Positions 1 through 7,585 of a stretch of 64,000 nucleotides of DNA are shown in pieces (within the stretch, counting starts at the first letter, position 1; every line of letters begins with the position of its first letter). The stretch lies in assembly GCA_033762915.1 (NCBI GenBank), contig JANRLD010000054.1, positions 1 through 64,000 of the forward strand. Direction: 5' to 3'. The notes under the pieces are model-generated. The model made no database searches. It was not told the origin of the DNA and saw only the letters and a list, made by a program, of their open reading frames with translations. The stretch is from Meiothermus sp. GTDB taxonomy: Bacteria > Deinococcota > Deinococci > Deinococcales > Thermaceae. The position numbers were made by a program, and so were the translations under genes.

Positions 1-252
1 GGCGGGAGAGGCCGCAAGGGCAAGTAAAACGACATTCATAGGGGTCAGATTGACCACCGCCTACCCGAACATTCGCCCTGGCTTAGGTCCCTTTGGGTGC
101 AAGGCCAGATACCCATCTTGAGTCTGTAGGTTTAGAAGTAATAAACAGTTGTATTCTAAGCGACGCATGTCGGATAAGTTATCCATTGCATGCCCAAAAG
201 TCAACCGTCAAGACAGGATTTTTGTCGCATAAGCGACACTTTGCCGAAAAAG

Positions 253-436
253 TTGCCGAGCGGTGTTCAGGTCGTCGCATCCCCACCCTTGACCGGCTCA
301 ACAAAGAGATCTCCACCTGGCATGACCGGCGTACCCTCGAGGGCGGAACCGTCTTCTGGCCCTTCACCAATTGGCAGGCCCACATCAAGCTCAAGCATCT
401 CTTTCCACGCACCGTTTTGGACTGGACGCGGCACTA
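253..436 (+). mobile_element. IS630-family transposase C-terminal remnant with probable right end
   Basis: Translation RCSGRRIPTLDRLNKEISTWHDRR...VFWPFTNWQAHIKLKHLFP resembles the IS630 C-terminal pattern (CL.RRIP....L..E...W...RN......W.FT...ARIKL..LYP). No DDE core upstream. Ends in CACTA (432-436). Confidence 0.7.
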
Positions 437-598
437 CAGAACTGGACAAGCAGACGAGGCAGTTGACAAATGCAGATAAGCTCGAGGGGTGATGGCTCGA
501 GCACAACCCAAATAGTCTTTAGCGGGTTACTTCCCGAATGCTACTCTACAAGTTTTCGGTATAGTTGTTAGTTAGATTATTGGAGGAGATTTGCGCAC

Positions 599-1210
599 AT
601 GGATGCACGTGACACCTATCATTCACTAATGCTTACGGTGCGTAATCGTTTCGACGCAATTGAAGCATTGCAGACTGCATCCTTTGAGCCATTCTCAAGA
701 GCAGAAGCCGCCGCTTTTAATGGCCGCAAGATTGTTGAAGCCATAGCTTTTGGATGCCTTGTGGCAGTTGATAATGGGCTAAAAGAAGTGCCTCGAGACG
801 CAAAAGGTCAATGGAATGCGCAAGATATCTTCAAAAGTCTTAAGTCCAAGAGCCTATCTGTCCTCCCTAGCCCCAGCCTTATTCGGCAAGCTACGATTGA
901 AGAGCAACGTGAACACAACGTCAAAGCCGTTTTGGAGGGCATTCCAGAGAGACGACTAACACATGACGAACTTATCAGTATCTATCAGTCTCTACATGTT
1001 TGGCTCCACGAAGTCAATCCTTATGTAAACAAGAATCATGCTAATTTCTACGCGCAGAAGGCGGAGAAACTTTGGGCAGATCTCGCAAGAGTCAGGCTGT
1101 TTGTTGAGGGGCACTTTATTTCCATACGCGGCGAGGCATTCTTTTGCGTTCTATGGGATAGTCAAGACAACCAAACAAAGGTTGGCTCTCTCACAAAGAG
1201 CGTGGACTAA
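599..1210 (+). CDS. Hypothetical protein (203 aa), AT-rich, cassette-like
   Basis: Clean ORF with GGAGGAG RBS at 582-588; lower GC than the window; stop codon overlaps an attC-like sequence. Confidence 0.8.
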   Translation: MDARDTYHSLMLTVRNRFDAIEALQTASFEPFSRAEAAAFNGRKIVEAIAFGCLVAVDNGLKEVPRDAKGQWNAQDIFKSLKSKSLSVLPSPSLIRQATIEEQREHNVKAVLEGIPERRLTHDELISIYQSLHVWLHEVNPYVNKNHANFYAQKAEKLWADLARVRLFVEGHFISIRGEAFFCVLWDSQDNQTKVGSLTKSVD

Positions 1211-1237
1211 CAATTCCTCCAAGCCAACATTGCTTCG
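1205..1237 (+). other. Left half of an integron attC-like site
   Basis: GACTAACAATTCCTCCAAGCCAACATTGCTTCG resembles the R''/L'' half of short aadB/Xanthomonas-type attC sites (recalled as CTAACAATTCGTCCAAGCCGACGCCGCTTCG). A GTTRRRY-type core (GTTAGAT 571-577) lies just upstream of the ORF. Confidence 0.6.
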
Positions 1238-1264
1238 ATGCTAGAGTCATTTGGGTAGTACCCT

Positions 1265-1316
1265 CTCGAGCAAAATCCGAGTATTCCTAAAGTTGAACCG
1301 ATTGCCATAAATCGGC
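1265..1316. repeat. ~52-bp direct repeat, copy 1 (copy 2 at 2428-2478, the 3' end of the Imm11-barstar gene)
   Basis: CTCGAGCAAAATCCGAGTATTCCTAAAGTTGAACCGATTGCCATAAATCGGC vs CTCGAGCAAAACCCGAATATTCCTAAAGTTGAACCGATTGGCATAC-TCGGC: 4 mismatches and 1 gap. Confidence 0.9.
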
Positions 1317-1383
1317 TCAAAACCTTGCTTTCTTGAGATACTAAATTGCCGCCTAAGACATCGAACCAGTAGAGTTGTGGAAT

Positions 1384-2331
1384 ATGAAAGATGAGTTCTC
1401 AAAAATACATCCAGAACTACAACAAATTGCAGAAAGGAGTCCGAAGTTTAACTTCAGCAAACAGAACCTGTGGTTTATGAGACTGCTGATGTCGGCGATG
1501 CCCTCGCCTAAAGTTCCTGAACATATCTTGGTTGAAAACATCTACATCCCTGGCCAGAATGAACAAAGCAAAATCCGCTTGCGAATCTATAAACCAAAGT
1601 CCATTGCTGCACCCACACCTGTGCTGCTGTGGATGCACGGCGGTGGGTATGTGGTGGGCAAGCCGGAACAAGATGATGGGGTTTGTGCCCAGTATGTGGA
1701 TGAGCTAGGCATCACGGTTGTTTCGGTGGACTATCGCTACGCCCCCAAACATCCTTTCCCAGCAGGTTTGGATGATAGCTACACAGCCTTAAAGTGGGTG
1801 GCGTTGAATTGTCAACAACTTGGAATTGATGCAAAGCGTATTGCCATCGGCGGTGCGAGTGCGGGTGGTGGATTGGCTGCTGCCTTGGTTCAACTTGCCC
1901 ACGACCGGCAAGAGATCAAGCCTGTTTTTCAGTTGCTGGTTTATCCAATGTTAGATGACCGAACCGTTCTTCGCACAGAGATCAATGACCGCAACTACGT
2001 CACCTGGAGCCACAAGAGCAATCAGTTTGGGTGGGAGTCATATTTGGGAAAAAAATGTGGGGAAGTGGATGTACCTGCGTACTCCGTACCGGCACGTCGC
2101 ACAGACCTTTCCAGCTTGCCCCCAGCCTGGATTGGTGTGGGGTCATTGGATCTGTTTCACGATGAAGACGTAGCCTATGCTCAACGTCTAAAGGAGTGCG
2201 GTATTGAGTGTGAGCTGTGTGTTGTCTCGGGTGCATTTCATGGTTTTGACGTATTCGACCCTAGGGTTCCAATCGTTCAGGGTTTCCGAAAATCACAAAT
2301 ATCAGCGATGAAAAAATACCTATTCCTGTAA
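1384..2331 (+). CDS. Alpha/beta hydrolase, HSL family (family IV) esterase/lipase
   Basis: HGGG oxyanion motif, GASAGG nucleophile elbow, C-terminal D and HGF; AT-rich. Confidence 0.92.
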   Translation: MKDEFSKIHPELQQIAERSPKFNFSKQNLWFMRLLMSAMPSPKVPEHILVENIYIPGQNEQSKIRLRIYKPKSIAAPTPVLLWMHGGGYVVGKPEQDDGVCAQYVDELGITVVSVDYRYAPKHPFPAGLDDSYTALKWVALNCQQLGIDAKRIAIGGASAGGGLAAALVQLAHDRQEIKPVFQLLVYPMLDDRTVLRTEINDRNYVTWSHKSNQFGWESYLGKKCGEVDVPAYSVPARRTDLSSLPPAWIGVGSLDLFHDEDVAYAQRLKECGIECELCVVSGAFHGFDVFDPRVPIVQGFRKSQISAMKKYLFL

Positions 2332-2421
2332 GTTTTGGTTACAGCCTTTATTTTGCCCAGTGGTTTTTTGATTTGGGTCAAGCGCATGAGCGTTCTCGAA
2401 AAAGCCCAACCAAGCCAATAG

Positions 2422-3285
2422 CTACCCCTCGAGCAAAACCCGAATATTCCTAAAGTTGAACCGATTGGCATACTCGGCAATTTGTTGCAGCTTTTGGTAG
2501 AACGGCGTATGCCGCAGATGGGCCGTGTTGACAATGCGAATGTCGCACTGGCCTGGATAGCCGGGCAGCTTTTCGCCCGTGATGGCTTGCTCGAACGCCT
2601 CGAGGGTGCGCTCGAACTTCTCGGCTAGGTTGGGATAGGTGACATCCAGGTAGAGTTGCCAGAACTCGGCCTCGGTCTGCACCTGGCGGCAGTCCAACAG
2701 GTATTCCCGCTTGACCGAAGAAGCCGCAAAACCCTTCTTGTAGGCGTGGCTGGGCACAAGGCGCATTCCTGTTAGCTTGGCCGCCTCGAGTGCCTGCTTC
2801 GCGGCCTCGCCCACAAACACCTCACCATAAATGCGCCGGTCTTTGAAGACCTGCCGCGTGCCAATGCGCTCCTCCTTCACTATCCAGCGCCGCACCTCGT
2901 CCAAACGTTCCCCGTCCCAGTCAAAGTCGAAGCTAGAAACCTCTAGGTCGGTACAGTCCAGCGGATCCAGAACGTTCACCAGATAGTAGAGGTGCTGTTT
3001 CTTGTTCCAAGTAGTGAACACGGGAACCTCGAAGAACTCGAGGTAGTCCGCATCAAACTGCTCAAGCACCTCTTTCATCTTGGGCGAAACCACCAAGTAC
3101 GAACCCACTGCCAGCAAGTCGGTGAGCTTTTTTTCTTTGCGGTGGTGGTACAGCTCGAGGTCGCCCGGTGTAAAACGCAGCGGCTGACCCGAGTTCAGGT
3201 CGAGGGACAAGCCTTCTCGAGTCTGTTCGCGCTCGATGTAGGCCTCACCTTGGTTGAGGCTGCACGCCAAGTGATAGTAGTTCAT
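2422..3285 (-). CDS. Imm11/DUF1629-like immunity domain fused to a C-terminal barstar-like domain
   Basis: N-terminal part has D..(x)LVVS.KMKEVLEQF...LEFFEV...YYLVNVLD.LDC.D.E.S...VFVGE..KQALE...LTG (Imm11-like). C-terminal YLLDCRQVQTEAEFWQLYL...FERTLEAF...PGYPG is barstar-like. ATGA overlap with the upstream gene. Confidence 0.6.
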   Translation of the reverse strand: MNYYHLACSLNQGEAYIEREQTREGLSLDLNSGQPLRFTPGDLELYHHRKEKKLTDLLAVGSYLVVSPKMKEVLEQFDADYLEFFEVPVFTTWNKKQHLYYLVNVLDPLDCTDLEVSSFDFDWDGERLDEVRRWIVKEERIGTRQVFKDRRIYGEVFVGEAAKQALEAAKLTGMRLVPSHAYKKGFAASSVKREYLLDCRQVQTEAEFWQLYLDVTYPNLAEKFERTLEAFEQAITGEKLPGYPGQCDIRIVNTAHLRHTPFYQKLQQIAEYANRFNFRNIRVLLEG

Positions 3286-4007
3286 GGCTGCTTGCATCTA
3301 GCCAGGTTTTGCTGGGTGCTCAAGTCCTCTCGTCCAGGCCGGACCCAGGCAATCTCGAAGTCGGAGGCCAGGGTCATGGCGGCGTCGCGCTCGAGGTCGG
3401 ATGTAAAGCCGCCCTTGGTGGGAAAGCCGGCGTTGAACCGGGGGGCCTCGAGCAGGTGGTAGACAAACACCACTGCGCCTTTGTCGGCCAGATACTGCTG
3501 CGCCAGGGTGTCGGTGCCGCTGGCATCGGCAACCACAAAGCCCTCGGTCTCGCACACCGCCAGCACCGAATCTATGGCAGGTTTATAGTGCTGATCAAAT
3601 TCGGACTGAGTTAAGTCCAAAGGCCCGCTGATGAAGTGGTAGATGTGGTTGGTCGGGCGCTGACCCCCAAGCCATTTGAAGTGCGCCTCGAGACCCAGCA
3701 GCGCCCGACTCAGCACCGGTGGCAGCAGTGATCTGGCCTTCATCTCGAGCGGGCTGGTGCGGTCGAGCAGAACATGCTCGAGGTAGGAAACATATATCGC
3801 ATTTTGCACATAGTCATCGGCTTCCACAAAAATCTGACCCACAAAATCGAAATGCTCTTGCACCAGCGCCCAGTCGCCTGCCCGAATGGCATCTTGGGTG
3901 TCGTGTGAAAGTTCCGCCATGCCCAGATGCGCCCCATCTCGAGCCTGTCGGGCCGCATAGGGGTAGCGCGGCTCGAGGAGTTTGATCAGTTCGTCTCGGT
4001 CTATCAT
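3282..4007 (-). CDS. Two-domain protein: DUF7674-like N-terminus plus SLOG/YspA-like C-terminal domain
   Basis: N-terminal helical domain with VQNAIYVSYLEH; C-terminal FISGPLDLTQSEFDQHY...FVVADASGTDTLAQQYL...RDAAMT..SDF.IAW, a SLOG-like Rossmannoid pattern. Confidence 0.5.
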   Translation of the reverse strand: MIDRDELIKLLEPRYPYAARQARDGAHLGMAELSHDTQDAIRAGDWALVQEHFDFVGQIFVEADDYVQNAIYVSYLEHVLLDRTSPLEMKARSLLPPVLSRALLGLEAHFKWLGGQRPTNHIYHFISGPLDLTQSEFDQHYKPAIDSVLAVCETEGFVVADASGTDTLAQQYLADKGAVVFVYHLLEAPRFNAGFPTKGGFTSDLERDAAMTLASDFEIAWVRPGREDLSTQQNLARCKQP

Positions 4008-4176
4008 GGCCTACCCCTAACGTTTCCAGCACCAGCGTGTTGGCAGGGTCCCAGGACTAAACCCCAGCCTAGACAACCCTGCCGTTGGATGTCCTGACCC
4101 TCACGTTACCTTCGGGAGCCTTAGGGAACGCCCTGCGCTTGGCATTGCGGGAAAACCCAGTCACTCGCTCCACCCT

Positions 4177-4923
4177 CTACCTCAAAACAACCCTCACCCG
4201 CCCCGCCAAGGCCCGACAAATCCTCCGCCCCTCGAGCCGCAGCCTCCGCTCGAAAACCGTGAGCTGTTGGATCTCCTCGCACTGCACCAGACGGGCAAAG
4301 GGGGTCTGGCGCAAAAAGAGGTTCTCGAGTCGGCTGGTTTTGATCAGGCTGACAGGCAAGCGGACAAGCGGGATGTTCTCGGCATACACGGTCAGGTTCT
4401 CGCCCCAATGGCTCAACGACTCGGGCAACACGCTGACCGCGCTCCCCATGATAGCCAGGTTTCGCAGCCTGGGAAAGGCTCGAGGGCTTTCGGGCAGGTA
4501 GTGCACCAGGGTATTGCCCAAGTCCAGCCGCTCGAGGCGGGGGAAGTTGCGGGTGGCCCAGTTGATGCGCAGGTTGGGGTTGTCGCACAGCTCAAGCCTC
4601 ACGACCCCCTCGAGGCCCTGCGGCAGGGTGTAAAGCTCGCTGCCCCGGAGCGCAAACTGCTCGAGTCGCCGGCATTGTCCGAAATCGTTGGGCAGTTCGC
4701 GCAGCAAGGGTAGGTGGAGGCGGAGTTCCCGCAGCCGCTTCAGCGACTCGAAAGACAGCTGGAGCCGCTCGAGCCGGGGCGCGGTCAGGTGCAGCGACTC
4801 GAGCTGGGGAAAGTCCCGCACAAAGTCGGGCAGTTCCCTGGCCTCCCCGACCTCCAGGCTTAGCTCGGTCAGGCCCCGCTCGCGGGCGTGGCGGAGCTGT
4901 TCCCGCCAGTCGGGCGGTCTCAC
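4177..4923 (-). CDS. Leucine-rich repeat protein (~248 aa)
   Basis: Repeated LxxLxL..(x)..LP units (LESLHLTAPRLERL, LRELRLHLPLLRELP, LERLDLGNTLVHYLP). GTG start overlaps the TGA of the upstream gene. Confidence 0.8.
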   Translation of the reverse strand: MRPPDWREQLRHARERGLTELSLEVGEARELPDFVRDFPQLESLHLTAPRLERLQLSFESLKRLRELRLHLPLLRELPNDFGQCRRLEQFALRGSELYTLPQGLEGVVRLELCDNPNLRINWATRNFPRLERLDLGNTLVHYLPESPRAFPRLRNLAIMGSAVSVLPESLSHWGENLTVYAENIPLVRLPVSLIKTSRLENLFLRQTPFARLVQCEEIQQLTVFERRLRLEGRRICRALAGRVRVVLR

Positions 4924-5378
4924 GGCCCGGCCTTCACGTAGGGCAGCACCTGGCCGTCCAGCCCGCGAATCCAGTATTCCTTGGGCTGGCCCCAGTCGTT
5001 GAGGGTCAGGCGCAGGTCGGGGTGGGGGTCGCTGTCTACCCAGGTTCGCCAGTAGAGGCCCGCCGGCTGGTCGGCCCAGAGGTCGTAGTTGTAACTGCTG
5101 TGCAGCCGCCGGAACTCGAGGCCGTTCACCCACACCACCACGGTAGCCCGGCCCTTGTCCCCGGCCCCCCGGAAGCGCTCGAGCACCAACCGCACCTCGT
5201 GATGCCCTAGCTGGACTGCGTACCCCCCTTCGGGCTGTCGAAAGTTCACGTCGAGCCGGGCTAGCCTGGGGGCAGGCCACGCGGTGAGGTAGACGCCAGC
5301 GCCCACTGCCAGCGACATCAGCAAGACGCCAAGTACCGTGAACGGCCTAGGCCAAACCCGTCTCGAGGAGCGAACCAT
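4920..5378 (-). CDS. Hypothetical protein with N-terminal membrane anchor
   Basis: Hydrophobic N-terminal helix (VLGVLLMSLAVGAGVYL); translationally coupled to the LRR gene; start uncertain. Confidence 0.65.
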   Translation of the reverse strand: MVRSSRRVWPRPFTVLGVLLMSLAVGAGVYLTAWPAPRLARLDVNFRQPEGGYAVQLGHHEVRLVLERFRGAGDKGRATVVVWVNGLEFRRLHSSYNYDLWADQPAGLYWRTWVDSDPHPDLRLTLNDWGQPKEYWIRGLDGQVLPYVKAGP

Positions 5379-5493
5379 CGGGTCCAGTGTGCAACTGGGC
5401 TGTCGTTTACTTCTTGTTCGCGACCATGCCGGCGGCAGCCTTCCGAAATTCCGTCCTGCCGAATGCGGTCCGCGTTCTGCTGTGGGGGTGTGG

Positions 5494-6315
5494 CTACAGG
5501 GAAAAGTTCAGGATGCCGAAGCGCACGGGGTCTCGCACCACATCTCGCGCGACGGCGGCATGGATGCAGGAATCGTGCAAGAAGCGCTTCTCCAGGAGGG
5601 ACATCAGGCGGCCCTCGATGGGCTGGTTGCCCTGCACCCTGGCCTCGAGGATGGTCTCGAGCAGCTCCTTGGTGTGGGCGATGATGCGGGAACGGGCGTC
5701 GCGAAGGCGTTTGCGCCTAAGGTTACAGATGCGAACCGTGGCGGTCAGGCGGTCGTTCGCGCCGGTCTGGATGACCTGGCCCTGGGGGTCGAACTTGAAC
5801 TCGCCTGCGGGGTCGTCGTCGCAGGGGTTGAGCAGGAGCGGCTCTTCTGCGGCTATGGGGTCGGTGTGGGTCATGGCCCGCTTGGACTCATCGCGCAAGG
5901 GAAACTGGTCGAGTTTACCCGCAGCCGCTCCGGTCACGGGGTCGGTCCAAGTCGGAAGGTCGCGGCGGCTCTGATTGCAGGCCGGACAGGCCGGCAGAAG
6001 ATTTTCCCAGGTGTAGGCCAGCCAGTAATACCCCGGGTGGCCCTGCCGCTCAAACACACGGCCCTTGGGGCGGTAGTGCTCGACGTCCCAGTTCACCTCG
6101 GGCAGTTGGGTCTCGCAATAGGCACATTTACGGTAGAACAGCTCCTCGAGGGCCTTACGAACCTCCACATGCCCATACACGCTGTCCCGGGCCTGGTGCG
6201 CCGCGCCCTCCTGCTTGGCCACCTTAATCGCATCCCTGGCCAGTTTTTTCCAGGCCACGCTGGGCTGTATCGCCTTGCCCTGACTGTCCTTTCGGCCCCG
6301 GTCAACAGCGATCAT
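5494..6315 (-). CDS. HNH endonuclease, PtuB-like (Septu/retron-effector type)
   Basis: KCAYCE...DVEHYRPK...WENLLPACPACN...K..QFPL...PLLLNPC motifs; ATGA-coupled to the upstream ATPase. Confidence 0.85.
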   Translation of the reverse strand: MIAVDRGRKDSQGKAIQPSVAWKKLARDAIKVAKQEGAAHQARDSVYGHVEVRKALEELFYRKCAYCETQLPEVNWDVEHYRPKGRVFERQGHPGYYWLAYTWENLLPACPACNQSRRDLPTWTDPVTGAAAGKLDQFPLRDESKRAMTHTDPIAAEEPLLLNPCDDDPAGEFKFDPQGQVIQTGANDRLTATVRICNLRRKRLRDARSRIIAHTKELLETILEARVQGNQPIEGRLMSLLEKRFLHDSCIHAAVARDVVRDPVRFGILNFSL

Positions 6316-7529
6316 TTCTTGAGTTCCTCGCGCAGTTTGCGGATTTCTTGCAGGACCGGGTCGTTCTCGTCGCTGGCCGGGGCGATCTCCTGAGCCAGCT
6401 GGGCTAGGGCTTTGTTCTGCTTGGCGCTGCGGGTCTTGGGGCCGCGTGCGGCAAGGCTTTGGTACTCACTCAGCGACTGCTGCATTTTGGGCGAGTACAC
6501 CGGCGTATCAAACAGCAGATCGTCCTTGATCAAATCCTCAACCGAGTACGTCCGGTAATCGGGCGGCCTGACCGCCACAACCGCGTCTCCCTGTCTTTTG
6601 AGCGCGATCAGCTCGTGTGGCTCTACGCCCAGAGCCACCAGCGGGCTGTGGGTTGTGGCGATAATCTGAAGCTCGGGAAACAGCTCGGACAGGCGGTTCA
6701 TCAGCGTGAGCTGTTGAGACGGATGCAGGTGCTGTTCGATCTCGTCGATCAGCAGGATTCCCTTTACTCCGCCGTCCTCCGTCAAGGCCTCGGCACGCAT
6801 GGCCCAGCCGTAAAAGTCCATGATCCACTGGAAGGTCTGCCGGTGGCCATCAGCCCAGCCCTCGAGGGGGATGTTCTCCCCAACCCCAGGGGCCGTAATC
6901 TGTACGCCGCCACCCTTGGCGAAGTCTATCTGTGAGCCCTCAGGTAAGTTGAAGACCTTCGTCAGGCCCCGAAGGGCTTTGTAATACACGGGCTCGTTGA
7001 GATAGTCCTTGAGCCGCCGGAGGGTCAGTTCGGAGGAGGTCAACAGCGCATCGGGGTCAAACAGACTCAAAACCGAGTCCGATACCCGGTACTCATCCCC
7101 TCGAGACTCGGCCCGACTTTTACCTACCCTCGAACGGTTGATTCCGTATCCGACAACAAACTGATGTCGAAGGTCGTCTTGCCCTGTTTTGTGTGACTGA
7201 GGGCTGGCGTATGAGCCGGGAATGTCCATGTAAAAACCGGCACCCGTGCTCATCCTCAGCTCCACGTGACCAGGGTCATTCGGCAGAGTCAACGACCCGT
7301 TGGGCAGCTGCATCAAACCAACAGCACCCGGGAAGTCGGCAATGGCCAGTGCAATACATCTGAGAATAGTGGTCTTACCCGTCCCATTTTGCCCGATGAT
7401 CAAGGTCCGCATTCGAGGATTGCCCTCTTGTTCAAAACCCAACTCGAGGTCTTCAAAGCCCCGAATGTTCTTCAAATGCACTCCAGTAATGTAGGGCTCT
7501 CTTTCTTTTTTCACCTTCTTGGCCGCCAT
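6312..7529 (-). CDS. ABC/AAA ATPase, PtuA-like
   Basis: LKNIRGF, Walker A GQNGTGKT, degenerate signature WADGH, Walker B LLIDEIEQHLHP, H-loop IIATTHSP. Start chosen 7 nt after a TAGAAT -10 box. Confidence 0.85.
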   Translation of the reverse strand: MAAKKVKKEREPYITGVHLKNIRGFEDLELGFEQEGNPRMRTLIIGQNGTGKTTILRCIALAIADFPGAVGLMQLPNGSLTLPNDPGHVELRMSTGAGFYMDIPGSYASPQSHKTGQDDLRHQFVVGYGINRSRVGKSRAESRGDEYRVSDSVLSLFDPDALLTSSELTLRRLKDYLNEPVYYKALRGLTKVFNLPEGSQIDFAKGGGVQITAPGVGENIPLEGWADGHRQTFQWIMDFYGWAMRAEALTEDGGVKGILLIDEIEQHLHPSQQLTLMNRLSELFPELQIIATTHSPLVALGVEPHELIALKRQGDAVVAVRPPDYRTYSVEDLIKDDLLFDTPVYSPKMQQSLSEYQSLAARGPKTRSAKQNKALAQLAQEIAPASDENDPVLQEIRKLREELKK

Positions 7530-7585
7530 AAAGTCCATTCTAGCCCTTCGACGGTTAGAATAGCCGCATTGCGGAGGGGCGGAAG

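Noticed and set aside
1..39. Possible start of a minus-strand gene (MNVVLLALAASPA...) running off the window
   Set aside because: Only 13 codons are visible, too few to support a call.
93..479. 128-aa ORF as an intact gene
   Set aside because: Only the distal part resembles IS630 and the rest looks like chance open frame; reported as a remnant instead.
4177..5280. 367-aa version of the LRR ORF
   Set aside because: The N-terminal extension is an alternate-frame shadow of the 4920-5378 gene; the GTG at 4923 with a stop overlap is the better start.
5494..7585. Retron (RT plus msr/msd) associated with the PtuAB-like genes
   Set aside because: No reverse transcriptase motif in the window and no space upstream for an ncRNA.
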